From assembly GCA_038322675.1 (NCBI GenBank), contig JBBQGE010000020.1:18020-82019 (forward strand): a stretch of 64,000 nucleotides of DNA, in the 5' to 3' direction. The notes below the pieces were generated by a model. That model ran no database searches. It was not told the DNA's origin and saw only the letters and a program-made list of their open reading frames with translations. Positions 31,093-41,178 of the stretch are shown here, piece by piece. The DNA comes from Bryobacterales bacterium (GTDB taxonomy: Bacteria > Acidobacteriota > Terriglobia > Bryobacterales > Bryobacteraceae). Numbering within the stretch: the stretch's first letter is position 1; every line of letters starts with the position of its first letter. A program made the translations under genes and the position numbers.

Positions 31093-32571
31093 ATGCAATC
31101 GATCACCCGCCGCCAAGCCATGGCCACGATGGCCGGAGCCGCCCTGCTGCGCGCTGCCGGAACGGAATGGATCAGTCTGTTCGATGGCTCCACCATGAAG
31201 GGCTGGAAAGCCAGCGAGAACGCTTCATCGTGGAGCGTCAAGGATAGTTGCCTGACGGCCGCCGGACCACGGTCGCACTTGTTCTATACGGGCCCGGTGC
31301 AGGATGCGAAGTTCCGCAATTTCGAACTCGAAACGGAACTGCGCACGCGGCCGGGAACGAACTCGGGCGTGTACTTCGGCACCACGTATCAGGAGTCGGG
31401 CTGGCCGAACCAGGGCTTCGAGGTGCAGGTGAACAATACGCACCACGGCGAGGGCAGCTACGAGGAGCACAAGAAGACAGGATCGCTATACGGAGTTCGG
31501 AACCAGTACAAATCGCTGGTGCGGGACGACGAGTGGTTCCGCATGAACATTCTGGTACGCGGCAAGAACGTTCAGGTGCGCGTCAACGACACGCTCGTGG
31601 TCGACTTCAACGAGCCTACACCGCCGATTATCGCGCCCGATGGCCGCGGTCGATTTGTTCAAACGGGAACGTTCGCGCTGCAGGGACACGATGCGGGATC
31701 GCACGCGATGTTCCGCTCCGTCCGCGTGCGTCCGCTTCCGGATTCGGCCAGCGCGCCCGGCGCGGTGCCTTCGGCCAACGACGAGATTGCGCGCGAACTG
31801 CAGTTGTTGGGTGCGGCGAATTATTTCGTCGTCGACTATCACACGCATCTGAAAGCCGGCTTGACTCTGGATCAGTTACTGGCGCGGTCGCGCGAGACGG
31901 GCATCTTCTGCGGGATCGGCGTGAATTGCGGCAAGAGTTTTCCGGTGAAGGACGGCGCCAGCGCACGGCAGTTCGTGGACGGTCTGAAAGGCGCGCCGGC
32001 ATTCACGGCGATGCAGGCCGAAGGACGCGAATGGACGGAAATGTTCGATCGCGAGACCGTCGCGCTGTTCGACTACGTCTTCACCGACTCGATGACGTGG
32101 ACCGACGATCGCGGGCGGCGGATGCGGTTGTGGATGCCACAGGAGGTCGGCGAGATTCCGGATGCGCAGGCGTTCATGGACATGCTGGTGAATCGCGCGG
32201 TGGGAATCCTGGAGCGCGAACCCGTGGATATTTACGCGAATCCCACGTTTCTGCCCGAAGCGATCGTGAAGGAGTACGAAGCCCTGTGGACCGATGATCG
32301 CATTCGCAAAGTGGTGATGGCGGCGAAGAAGGGCGGCGTGGCCATCGAGTTGAATAACCGCTACCGTCTGCCGGGCGCGCGCTTCGTGAAGATGGCCAAG
32401 GCTGAGGGATTGAAGTTCAGCTTCGGCACCAACAACACGGGGCCGCAGGATTTGGGCCGCTGCGAATACGGCCTGGAGATGGTGAAGGCGGCGCAGTTGA
32501 AGTGGCAGGATTTCTTTACGCCGAAGCCGGTAGGCGAGAGGGCGATCGACCGCAAGCCTCTGCGCGGGTGA
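31093..32571 (+). CDS. Tat-exported DUF1080 (3-keto-disaccharide hydrolase-like) domain fused to a PHP/TIM-like metal-hydrolase domain
   Basis: ATG 31093 lies 6 nt after GAGG; the ORF opens at 31039. Twin-arginine signal MQSITRRQAMATMAGAALL. DUF1080 pattern ISLFDGSTMKGWK...FRNFELETELR...NSGVYF...GFEVQVNN. The C-terminal half begins VVDYHTHL. Confidence 0.8.
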   Translation: MQSITRRQAMATMAGAALLRAAGTEWISLFDGSTMKGWKASENASSWSVKDSCLTAAGPRSHLFYTGPVQDAKFRNFELETELRTRPGTNSGVYFGTTYQESGWPNQGFEVQVNNTHHGEGSYEEHKKTGSLYGVRNQYKSLVRDDEWFRMNILVRGKNVQVRVNDTLVVDFNEPTPPIIAPDGRGRFVQTGTFALQGHDAGSHAMFRSVRVRPLPDSASAPGAVPSANDEIARELQLLGAANYFVVDYHTHLKAGLTLDQLLARSRETGIFCGIGVNCGKSFPVKDGASARQFVDGLKGAPAFTAMQAEGREWTEMFDRETVALFDYVFTDSMTWTDDRGRRMRLWMPQEVGEIPDAQAFMDMLVNRAVGILEREPVDIYANPTFLPEAIVKEYEALWTDDRIRKVVMAAKKGGVAIELNNRYRLPGARFVKMAKAEGLKFSFGTNNTGPQDLGRCEYGLEMVKAAQLKWQDFFTPKPVGERAIDRKPLRG

Positions 32572-33774
32572 TCACTCGCCACTGGCGACGCGCCATTGCG
32601 TGTCTGGTTCGTCCGATTCGGGTGAGTCGACGCCGCGGAGTTTGCGCTCCAGCACTCGCGTGCGTGTTAGTCCCTGATCCACGGTATTGCTCGCTTCCTG
32701 CAGTTTCTTTTGCACTCGGGCGAGGACGTCGGCGTACTTGCTGAATTCGGTACGCACCTGGCCCAATACGCGCCACACTTCGCTCGACTGCTTCTGAATC
32801 GCGAGGGTCTGAAAGCCCATCTGCAGGCTGTTCAGCAGCGCCGCCAGTGTTGTGGGACCGGCCACTGCGATGCGCGACTCGCGCTGCAGGGATTCAACCA
32901 GCCCGGGGCGCCGCAGAACCTCGGCGTAGAGGCTTTCTGTCGGCAGGTAGAGGATCGCGAAATCGGTGGTGGCGGGCGGCTGCACATACTTCGACGCGAT
33001 ATCGCGCGCGCACGCTTTCAGACGCATCTCGAGTTGGCGGGCGCACAACTCGACAGCGGCTGCATCGGATCGCTCGCTCGCTTCCACCAGCCGCAGATAA
33101 TCCTCCTGCGGGAATTTCGCGTCGATAGGAAGCCAAACAGAACCGCCCGGTTCTGTTCCGGGCATCCGGATGGCGAATTCGACACGCTCCGAAGTGCCGG
33201 CGGTCGCTACGTTGCGCGCGAACTGATCGGGAGCCAGCATCTGCTCGAGTATTGCGCCGAGTTGGATCTCGCCCCAGGCGCCGCGCGCGCGCACGTCGCT
33301 GAATACGCGCTTCAGGTCGCCGACACCCGTGGCCAGCGTCTGCATTTCACCGAGCCCGCGGTATACCTGCTCCAGGCGGTCGCTGACCAGCCGAAACGAT
33401 TCGCCCAGACGTTTTTCCAGCGTGCCCTGCAATTGCTCGTCGACGGTGCGGCGCATCACCTCGAGGCGTTGCTCCGTGCTCTTGCGTGTCGCTTCGAGTT
33501 CGGTGCGGATGGTAGCGCCCAACGACTCCAGATATCGCTGCAACTCCTGACGGTTCGTGGCCATCTCGGCGCGCACGGACCGGTCGATCCGCTCCATGCC
33601 GCGGTCGAGCGCTTCCACACGTCCCGCAATCGGGGCGAGATCCACCACAGGAGGCTCGGGACGCCGCAGCAACGCTACCGCCATGACGATGACGGCCACC
33701 ACCAGCGCGCAAACAAGGACGAGCAGAAATGTTTCCACTGTCTCTATTTGACCGGATCGACGCGCCGAGCGCAA
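32572..33774 (-). CDS. rmuC: DNA recombination protein RmuC
   Basis: N-terminal TM helix, long coiled-coil, and the RmuC C-terminal nuclease-like region (DFAILYLPTESLYAEVLR...IAVAGPTTLAALLNSLQMGF). Confidence 0.9.
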   Translation of the reverse strand: MRSARRSGQIETVETFLLVLVCALVVAVIVMAVALLRRPEPPVVDLAPIAGRVEALDRGMERIDRSVRAEMATNRQELQRYLESLGATIRTELEATRKSTEQRLEVMRRTVDEQLQGTLEKRLGESFRLVSDRLEQVYRGLGEMQTLATGVGDLKRVFSDVRARGAWGEIQLGAILEQMLAPDQFARNVATAGTSERVEFAIRMPGTEPGGSVWLPIDAKFPQEDYLRLVEASERSDAAAVELCARQLEMRLKACARDIASKYVQPPATTDFAILYLPTESLYAEVLRRPGLVESLQRESRIAVAGPTTLAALLNSLQMGFQTLAIQKQSSEVWRVLGQVRTEFSKYADVLARVQKKLQEASNTVDQGLTRTRVLERKLRGVDSPESDEPDTQWRVASGE

Positions 33775-33804
33775 CCGCCGCGTTTTTTATAAACTCAAGA
33801 CGCG

Positions 33805-35934
33805 ATGATGCACCGTCTACTTTTCGTCTTCCTTCTTTCGCTGCTGTGCACGGCCATGGCGCAAGAGCGCCGTCCTTTCGACCCCGCGCACATGGACACC
33901 ATTCTCTACGGCGCGGCGTACTACCCCGAGTACATGCCAACCGACCGCCTCGACAAAGATGTCGAACTGATGCAGAAAGCCGGCATCAACCTCGTTCGGG
34001 TTGGCGAATCGACGTGGAGTTCGTGGGAGCCTCGGGACGGCCACTTCGAATTCGACTGGATGCAGCGCGTGCTCGATCGACTGCATCAGGCCGGCATTCG
34101 GGTGATTCTGGGAACACCCACTTACTCGATCCCCACGTGGCTGTTCAAGAAATATCCCGAGATCGCAGTGACGCACAATACCACTGCGCCGCCCCTGCAG
34201 GATCCATACTCGCCCGCGTATCCATCGTCGGAGCCGCCCGGATACTATGGCTCGCGGCAGAACTACGACTTCCTGAATCCGCACTTTCGCGAGTATGCGG
34301 AGCGAATCATCCGGCAGGTGGTTGGGCATTTCGCGAATCATCCCGCGGTGATTGGATATCAGATTGATAACGAGACCTTCCCGACCGGCGCTGTGACCCC
34401 TTACACCACGAAGGCGTTTGTCGAGCGACTGAAGGAGAAATTCGGCACGCCCGACCGCATCAACAAGATCTGGGGACTCGTGTACTGGGGCCAGTTAGTG
34501 GATTCCTGGGAAGATCTGCCGCCGCGAAACGGCATTCTGAATCCCGGTTACAAACTGGAGTGGGAGAATTTCCAGCACGACATTATTACCGACTATCTGG
34601 CCTGGCAGGCGAAAATCGTAAATGAGTACAAGCGGCCCGGCCAGTTCATCACCCACGATTTCAGCGGCGGAGTGCATACGAACATCGACCAATGGGCGAT
34701 TGCGAAGCACCTGGACATCGTCGCGGAGAATCCGTACTTCCAGACGCAGAAGCAGTTGAACGCCCGCAGCATCTGGATGTCCGGCGACCTGGGGCGTTCG
34801 CTCAAGAACACGAACTATCTGGTGACCGAGACCAATGCGCAGACCATCGGATGGGATTCGCGTACGCAGTATCCGCAATATCCGGGACAACTCCGCCAGG
34901 TTGTCTACGCGCACCTGGCAGCGGGAGCGAATGCGGTGGAATACTGGCACTGGTCGTCGTTGCACTATGGCCAGGAGACCTACTGGAGAGGCATTCTGTC
35001 GCACGATCTGCAGCCGAATCGAGCGTATGCCGAGGTCAGCCGGGTGGCAGGCGAGTTGAAGAAGATCGGCAAGGAGTTAGTCAATCTCCGCAAAGATAAC
35101 AAGATTGCCATATTATTCAGCGCTGATTCCGCCAATGCCATTAGCTATATGCCGTTCGGGGATCACGCGAATTACATGTCGGTGTTGGGCCAGATGTACG
35201 ACGCTCTCTACGATCTGAACGTGGAGCCGAACTTCGTCCAGGCCGGCAGCCCGGAGCTCGCGCGATACCAGTTACTATTGGTGCCGCCGCTGTACAGCGC
35301 TTCGGATGCCGAGTTACAAGAGATCTCCGATTATGTGAAAGCTGGAGGCCACGTCGTGATGGCTTTCAAGAGCGGCTTCACGAATCAGTATTCGACGGTT
35401 CGCGACGAGATGGCTCCGGGGCCGCTCCGGGAGGCCGCTGGATTCCACTACCAGGAGTTCACGAATCTGCCGGCGCCGGAAGCGCTGAGTCCGGACCCGT
35501 TTGGAGTGGGCACCGCGAACAAGGGGTCCGTTTGGGAGGAGTTTCTGATTCCGGATGCGGCCCAGGTGCTGGCGTCGTTCACGGACAAGTACTGGCACTT
35601 CCCAGCAATTACGCGAAACAATTACGGCAAAGGCACGCTCACGTACGAGGCTACCGTGGTGACCGATGAACTGCAGCGGGCGATCGTTCGCGATGCGGTG
35701 AAACGCGCGGGACTCACCAGTCCCGATGAAAATCTCCCGGAACCTGTGCGTGTGCGCCACGGGCGTAATTCGGCGAACCGCCAACTGCACTACTACTTCA
35801 ATTTCTCGTCCGATCCACAGTCGTTCACTTATCCGTATGGTGCGGGATCCGATCTCCTGACGGGTGCGGGAGCGAGTCGTGGTCAGACGATGAAACTCGG
35901 CGGTTGGGATGTGTTGATTATTGCGGAGCGCTAG
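33805..35934 (+). CDS. Glycoside hydrolase family 42 beta-galactosidase (with signal peptide)
   Basis: Signal peptide MMHRLLFVFLLSLLCTAMAQ. GH42 N-terminus YYPEYMPTDRLDKDVELMQKAGINLVRVGESTWSSWEP. Acid/base context GYQIDNE and nucleophile context LVTETN. Confidence 0.9.
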   Translation: MMHRLLFVFLLSLLCTAMAQERRPFDPAHMDTILYGAAYYPEYMPTDRLDKDVELMQKAGINLVRVGESTWSSWEPRDGHFEFDWMQRVLDRLHQAGIRVILGTPTYSIPTWLFKKYPEIAVTHNTTAPPLQDPYSPAYPSSEPPGYYGSRQNYDFLNPHFREYAERIIRQVVGHFANHPAVIGYQIDNETFPTGAVTPYTTKAFVERLKEKFGTPDRINKIWGLVYWGQLVDSWEDLPPRNGILNPGYKLEWENFQHDIITDYLAWQAKIVNEYKRPGQFITHDFSGGVHTNIDQWAIAKHLDIVAENPYFQTQKQLNARSIWMSGDLGRSLKNTNYLVTETNAQTIGWDSRTQYPQYPGQLRQVVYAHLAAGANAVEYWHWSSLHYGQETYWRGILSHDLQPNRAYAEVSRVAGELKKIGKELVNLRKDNKIAILFSADSANAISYMPFGDHANYMSVLGQMYDALYDLNVEPNFVQAGSPELARYQLLLVPPLYSASDAELQEISDYVKAGGHVVMAFKSGFTNQYSTVRDEMAPGPLREAAGFHYQEFTNLPAPEALSPDPFGVGTANKGSVWEEFLIPDAAQVLASFTDKYWHFPAITRNNYGKGTLTYEATVVTDELQRAIVRDAVKRAGLTSPDENLPEPVRVRHGRNSANRQLHYYFNFSSDPQSFTYPYGAGSDLLTGAGASRGQTMKLGGWDVLIIAER

Positions 35935-37939
35935 CCGGCGCGGCCGCGGCGCCGGCTAGATCCGCCGAGATGAAGCGGTAAATCGCCTCGAGCAACGCTG
36001 CGCGCGGATAGCGCGTCTTATCCATTCCGAGACGCACCGCCGAATCGGCGGACTTGTCGAATGGAAGAGCAACAGCGAAGTGATCCGCGCGGGCGATGCC
36101 GAGGAACTTCGAATCGGGGACGATCGCGTCGTCCCGTAGTAACTGGCCGTCCTGAATGGACGTAAAGGCTTTCAGAAGATTCCAAGTCTGCAGTAATGCC
36201 TTCGATGTGTTAGTGGCGTCGCTCTTAGTAACAATCGAGTAAGACGGAACCGGCGGGTGAGGATAACTCGCCAGGAATGCCTGGCGCGCGGATCGCCGCA
36301 GACTCTTGAAGCCGCTGGCGAGGTCGCCTTTGCAACCTTTCATGTTGTACTGCCGGATCCATTTGTCGGCGATGTCCGGCAGCAGATCGGCAATCGGCGA
36401 ACCACCCACCGCTCCCGCGACGCTGATGAACGCCGCCACGTGCTGCGCCGCTCCGTCCTCCTTGGCCAACGCGACCTGAACGTCGGGCGCGCCTTTGCTG
36501 TATCCAAGGACGATGAACTTCCGCGGATCCGATTTCGACTGCGCCTTCAAATAATCGCCGATCATGCGGCCGTTGTCCTCGCTCGAATCGTTGGGAACCT
36601 GCAGCAAATCGACATCGACATTGAAGCGTTCCTTCAGCGACTTCGTGCCTTCCTGGTAAGCCGGGGTGTCCGAAAGACACGAACTCATGATTCCGGGCAC
36701 AATCAGCATGCGATAGCGCGTCGGCACGGCGCCGAGTTTGACATCGGTTTTGCCGCCGCCATCGATGTACGTGTCGCAGTCGCCCCACTCGCCTTGGTCG
36801 GGATTCTCCTGCTTCAATACGGAGCAGAACAGATCGGCGAAAGTGCTCGCGGCGACCGAGTTATCCGGCTGCAGATAAATGATCAGCGTACGCCCATCGG
36901 AATGGAATGCTTCGCCGTGGGCGGTCTTCGCCTCTTCCACTGCTTTCGCAGCGCGGAGATAGTCGAGTTTCGCGACGAGGCCGGTCTGTTGCAATGACTG
37001 CCCGATATACTCGCGTTCCGAGTCCGTATCGGGATCGATCTTGTGCGTCAGATTGCCGTTGCGCTGATCGCGATCGAAGCCGATATCGTGCGTGCCGGCG
37101 CCTGCCCACACAGTTTGGCCGTCCACCGTGAACGGCGCTTTCCACAACCGGAAATGATGCCGCGACGCGATGACGCGCACGGGATCGCCTTGCGCGTAAC
37201 CGTAGTCCTGCGTGCGGCCGAACAGCGTCAACTCGCTCATCGGCATCGTCACGTAAGCCTCCTTGGAGAGGCTCCCGAGCAGTCCGCGCAGGAGTGCGTC
37301 TTTCTTGGTCTTGTCCACCGTCACCCAACCGGCCGCGCGAAACGCACTCTCAACGCGGTTCTGCGTGCCGACGATGACGAAGTTCACGCGATCGCCCTGG
37401 GTGCCTTCGGCATCCTCCACGCGAACCGGAATCTGATTGAGCAACGCCTCGGTGAACACCGGCAGTTGCACCTTCTCCAGGCTGACCTGCGCAGGACCCG
37501 CGACGCGTTCCACCGACACTTGATAACTCCCGGTTGGATGGTCGCTCGCTGACTGATTCACACCGATGAACAGGCGTCCCGCGACCACCGATTTGCGCTC
37601 GCTGCGCGGTCCAATGAGAAACGGACGAGCCGCGGGACTGTCGGTAACTCGTCCGATGAGAGCGCCGCGCCCCGCCTCATTATTGGGCAACTGGCGGATC
37701 AGATCCATCCAGCCGCGCTGCAAGCCTTCGGGGCCGCACGGCTTCGCGCCGATGTACTGCAGGGAACCGGTGGCGTTGATCTTCATCGTATCGTCCGGCT
37801 TGAGATCGATGCCGGTATCGGTCCAGATGCTGGCACCGGATATCTCAAACTGTTTCGATTGGGCAAATGCGGCGGTAGCAATTGCGGAAAGGAAGACTAA
37901 CTGGCGAACGATAGACATAGCTTTAGTTCGAAATAGCAT
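35918..37939 (-). CDS. Secreted multidomain protein: PA-IL/LecA-like lectin domain - LssY-like C-terminal domain - alpha/beta-hydrolase-like domain
   Basis: Signal peptide (an alternative ATG is at 37918). N-terminal FEISGASIWTDTGIDLKPDDTMKINATGSLQY. Central HHFRLWKAP, which is typical of LssY_C. C-terminal GYSKG (GxSxG). The 3' end overlaps the GH42 3' end by 17 nt. Confidence 0.7.
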   Translation of the reverse strand: MLFRTKAMSIVRQLVFLSAIATAAFAQSKQFEISGASIWTDTGIDLKPDDTMKINATGSLQYIGAKPCGPEGLQRGWMDLIRQLPNNEAGRGALIGRVTDSPAARPFLIGPRSERKSVVAGRLFIGVNQSASDHPTGSYQVSVERVAGPAQVSLEKVQLPVFTEALLNQIPVRVEDAEGTQGDRVNFVIVGTQNRVESAFRAAGWVTVDKTKKDALLRGLLGSLSKEAYVTMPMSELTLFGRTQDYGYAQGDPVRVIASRHHFRLWKAPFTVDGQTVWAGAGTHDIGFDRDQRNGNLTHKIDPDTDSEREYIGQSLQQTGLVAKLDYLRAAKAVEEAKTAHGEAFHSDGRTLIIYLQPDNSVAASTFADLFCSVLKQENPDQGEWGDCDTYIDGGGKTDVKLGAVPTRYRMLIVPGIMSSCLSDTPAYQEGTKSLKERFNVDVDLLQVPNDSSEDNGRMIGDYLKAQSKSDPRKFIVLGYSKGAPDVQVALAKEDGAAQHVAAFISVAGAVGGSPIADLLPDIADKWIRQYNMKGCKGDLASGFKSLRRSARQAFLASYPHPPVPSYSIVTKSDATNTSKALLQTWNLLKAFTSIQDGQLLRDDAIVPDSKFLGIARADHFAVALPFDKSADSAVRLGMDKTRYPRAALLEAIYRFISADLAGAAAAPASAPQ

Positions 37940-38675
37940 CGGTGATGAGTTGTTCCACCTCGGTCCAGACCACTGGATCGAGTTCCATTTTCGCGTGACT
38001 GCCGCCGAGTTTGCGCCGAGCCCATGAAGCGCTGGAATCGGCGGGCGGCTGGAATAGGTACGTGAGCCGGAAGTTCCCGAGAATGCGAGTTCGGGAGGGA
38101 TCGGCGGCGCGAATTACCCGCTGTCCCTGAATCGTCAGAAGATCGTGCTGGTAGAAATTGGCGGCAGCCCGGACGTTGGCGGGAATGACGCTGTCATGCG
38201 TACCCACACTGTCAACTTGCACTGTGAGCAGCACGGCAATCCCGAGCCGCTCCAGATCGCGCGCCGTTTTCACGACCGCCGCTCCTCCCCAACTCTGGCC
38301 GTACAGGATCACACGCGCGGTGCGTCGCTCCGCATCGTCGATGCGGCGGTCGCCATTCGTGTCGAGGGCGCGGAGGATTGCCGCGAGAGCCGTTCGCCGG
38401 CGATGATTACTGGCCGTGTCGGCGTAGACATGCGAAATCGCGCGTAAGTCAAGCGCGACCTTGCGCACGCCGCGATGGTCGTCGTCCCACTGCTCGAAGC
38501 CGCCGAGAAATCCGACCACCATTGTGCTGCCGGCGGGCAACGGCCGCGGTGCAGTAAAATCCGAGAGCCGCTGCGCCGGGCTCACGGACATACACACTGC
38601 GAGCCCGATTACGAAGTGCGCCGCTGTTCTGGCTCGAATCATCGCTAGTGTTATTAATTGTAGAGTCTCCGCCAT
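37923..38675 (-). CDS. Secreted alpha/beta-hydrolase-like protein with EF-hand-type calcium loop
   Basis: Signal-like N-terminus (an alternative ATG is at 38642). DTNGDRRIDDAE matches the EF-hand loop pattern DxNxDxxIxxxE. GQSWG is a GxSxG nucleophile elbow. Confidence 0.6.
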   Translation of the reverse strand: MAETLQLITLAMIRARTAAHFVIGLAVCMSVSPAQRLSDFTAPRPLPAGSTMVVGFLGGFEQWDDDHRGVRKVALDLRAISHVYADTASNHRRRTALAAILRALDTNGDRRIDDAERRTARVILYGQSWGGAAVVKTARDLERLGIAVLLTVQVDSVGTHDSVIPANVRAAANFYQHDLLTIQGQRVIRAADPSRTRILGNFRLTYLFQPPADSSASWARRKLGGSHAKMELDPVVWTEVEQLITDAISN

Positions 38676-38698
38676 CCATCGCGAAAGGGAGTTGACAT

Positions 38699-39736
38699 TT
38701 GTTCGACTTGAAGCAGCATCCGCATCGCCGGTTTAATCCGCTCACAGGGGAATGGGTCCTGGTATCGCCGCACCGCACGCAGCGGCCGTGGCAGGGCCAG
38801 ATCGAACGACTTCCCGCCGACAAGCGGCCCGCATACGATCCCGAGTGTTACCTGTGCCCCGGCAATCCGCGCGCGGGCGGAGTCCGCAACCCGGAGTATC
38901 AAACAACATTTGTGTTCAACAATGATTTTGCCGCCTTGCGGAAGGATGCGCCGCTGGGACGGTTTGAGGAGGGCGGACTGCTGCTGGCCGAATCCGAACG
39001 AGGCGTGTGCCGCGTGGTGTGCTTCAATCCGCGTCATGACCTGACGCTGGCCAGGATGACGGAGGAGCAGATCGCACCGGTGGTTGAGGCGTGGACCGAA
39101 CAGTTTGCGGAACTCGCCGCCGATCCCAACATCGGTTACGTGCAGATTTTCGAGAATCGCGGCGAGATGATGGGCGCCAGCAATCCCCACCCGCACTGCC
39201 AGATCTGGGCGTCGTCCTCGCTGCCGGATCAGCCGGCGAAGGAACTGGCGTCGCAGCGTGCCTACCGCGAGCGAACCGGGCGCTGCCTTCTGTGTGATTA
39301 CGTCGAGTTGGAGATTCGCGATTCCGAGCGAATCGTGTTTGCAGACGACCAACTCGTGGTGCTGGTTCCGTTCTGGGCGGTGTGGCCTTTCGAGGTAATG
39401 ATCGTGACCCGGCGCCACGTCGCGGACCTGCGCGGATTTGATTCGGCGGAGCGGCGGTCGCTCGCATCGGCGCTACGGCGCATCGGAATTCGCTACGACA
39501 ATCTGTTTGAGACGTCGTTCCCTTATACGATGGGCTTCCATCAACAGCCGTCGAATGGCGCCGCTCATCCCGAGTGGCATTTCCACGCGCATTACTATCC
39601 GCCGCTGCTGCGGTCGGCGACGGTGCGGAAGTTCATGGTCGGATTCGAAATGCTTGGGACTCCGCAGCGCGATATCACGGCCGAGTCCGCGGCGCAGCGA
39701 TTGCGCGAATCGCCGGAGCGGCATTACTCGGAGTAG
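38699..39736 (+). CDS. galT: Galactose-1-phosphate uridylyltransferase
   Basis: TTG start 7 nt after AAAGGGAG. Zn-site CYLCPGN and active-site NPHPHCQIW (HPH). Confidence 0.92.
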   Translation: MFDLKQHPHRRFNPLTGEWVLVSPHRTQRPWQGQIERLPADKRPAYDPECYLCPGNPRAGGVRNPEYQTTFVFNNDFAALRKDAPLGRFEEGGLLLAESERGVCRVVCFNPRHDLTLARMTEEQIAPVVEAWTEQFAELAADPNIGYVQIFENRGEMMGASNPHPHCQIWASSSLPDQPAKELASQRAYRERTGRCLLCDYVELEIRDSERIVFADDQLVVLVPFWAVWPFEVMIVTRRHVADLRGFDSAERRSLASALRRIGIRYDNLFETSFPYTMGFHQQPSNGAAHPEWHFHAHYYPPLLRSATVRKFMVGFEMLGTPQRDITAESAAQRLRESPERHYSE

Positions 39737-39794
39737 CGCTAGCTGCTACCAGGTCTTGAAGCCGACCCGGTCAAGGCCGCTTAAAAAGGCGGCT

Positions 39795-39821
39795 GCGGGC
39801 GGATTGCCCGCCCCACATTTT
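39795..39821 (+). terminator. Putative intrinsic terminator downstream of galT
   Basis: Stem GCGGGC (39795-39800) with GCCCGC (39806-39811), 5-nt loop. A TTTT run at 39818-39821 begins 6 nt after the stem. A second hairpin (39775-39794) lies just upstream. Confidence 0.4.
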
Positions 39822-39852
39822 GTGAGCGAGCGTAACCGCTTCCTCATGAGCT

Positions 39853-41178
39853 CTAACTCGACTCGTCGCGCTCGCGCTTTCGTTCCGCAATCTCGGCCAT
39901 TCGTTCCGCGATCCGCTTCTCCAGCCCGCGATCGGTTGGCTCGTAGAATCGCGCATCCTTCAGGCTGTCCGGCAAACAGGTCATGTCCGAAATCGCGTCG
40001 CGGAACTTATGCGCGTGCTGATAGCCGGTGGAGTATCCCCACTCCTTCATCGCGCGAGTCGGCGCGTTGCGCAGATGCATCGGGACGGGCTCGGCCGTGG
40101 TGGTTTGGATCGTCGACATTACCTGATTCAGCGCCTGGTACGCGGCGTCCGATTTGGGAGCGATGGCCAGATAAATTGCAAGCTGCGCCAATGCCTGATC
40201 GCCCTCGGGCTCACCGAGAAAATGAACTGCCTGCTGTACCGCCATCGCCTGTTCCAGCGCGCGCGGATCAGCCATTCCGATATCTTCCACCGCCATCCGC
40301 ACCATGCGCCGCGCGATGTACATCCGGTCCTCGCCGCCCGCCATCATACGACCCAACCAGTACAGCGCCGCATCCACATCGCTCGACCGGATCGACTTGT
40401 GCAGCGCCGAGACGAGATTGAAATGCTCTTCGCCCGACTTGTCGTAAACCAGCGTCTTGCGTTGAAGCGCGTCCTCGAGTGCCTGCGTCGATAACTGGCC
40501 ATCCGTCGACGCCGCGGCGACTAACTCCAGGATATTATACGCCGAGCGGGCATCGCCATTGGCATAAATCGCGATGGTCTCCAGCAGATCGTCGCTCGCT
40601 TCAAGATGACGCGATCCCAATCCGCGAACCGGATCCTCCAGCGCGCGCCGCAGCAGCACGACCACTTCGGCGACGGTCAGCGAGCGCAGCGCGTACACCC
40701 TCGAGCGCGACAACAGCGCCGATACGACTTCGAACGATGGGTTCTCCGTAGTGGCGCCGATCAGGATAATGTCGCCGCGCTCGACGTACGGCAGGAACGC
40801 ATCCTGCTGCGCTTTGTTGAAGCGATGAATTTCGTCGACAAAGATCAGTGTGCGGCGGCCCATGCGGCGGGCCTTTTCGGAATCGGCCATCACCAGTTTG
40901 ATTTCCTTGATGCCGCTCAATACCGCGCTGAAGGGTACGAAATCGCAGCGCGTCAGCCTCGCGATCAAATGCGCGAGAGTGGTCTTGCCCACTCCCGGCG
41001 GTCCCCACAGAATCATCGACGTGAGCTGATCGCGATCGATCTGCATGCGCATCGGTTTCCCGGCTCCGAGGATGTGCTCCTGCCCGACGAATTCGTCGAG
41101 CGTTTGCGGGCGCATGCGTTCCGCCAACGGACGAGTCGGGTCGGGGCCAGGCGGTGGGAGCGAATCGAACAGACTCAC
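39853..41178 (-). CDS. rarA: Replication-associated recombination protein A (MgsA/RarA AAA+ ATPase)
   Basis: Walker A WGPPGVGKTTLA, Walker B LIFVDEIHRFNKAQQD, and the MgsA C-terminal region (HFNLVSALHKSIRSSDVDAALYWL). Confidence 0.93.
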   Translation of the reverse strand: MSLFDSLPPPGPDPTRPLAERMRPQTLDEFVGQEHILGAGKPMRMQIDRDQLTSMILWGPPGVGKTTLAHLIARLTRCDFVPFSAVLSGIKEIKLVMADSEKARRMGRRTLIFVDEIHRFNKAQQDAFLPYVERGDIILIGATTENPSFEVVSALLSRSRVYALRSLTVAEVVVLLRRALEDPVRGLGSRHLEASDDLLETIAIYANGDARSAYNILELVAAASTDGQLSTQALEDALQRKTLVYDKSGEEHFNLVSALHKSIRSSDVDAALYWLGRMMAGGEDRMYIARRMVRMAVEDIGMADPRALEQAMAVQQAVHFLGEPEGDQALAQLAIYLAIAPKSDAAYQALNQVMSTIQTTTAEPVPMHLRNAPTRAMKEWGYSTGYQHAHKFRDAISDMTCLPDSLKDARFYEPTDRGLEKRIAERMAEIAERKRERDESS

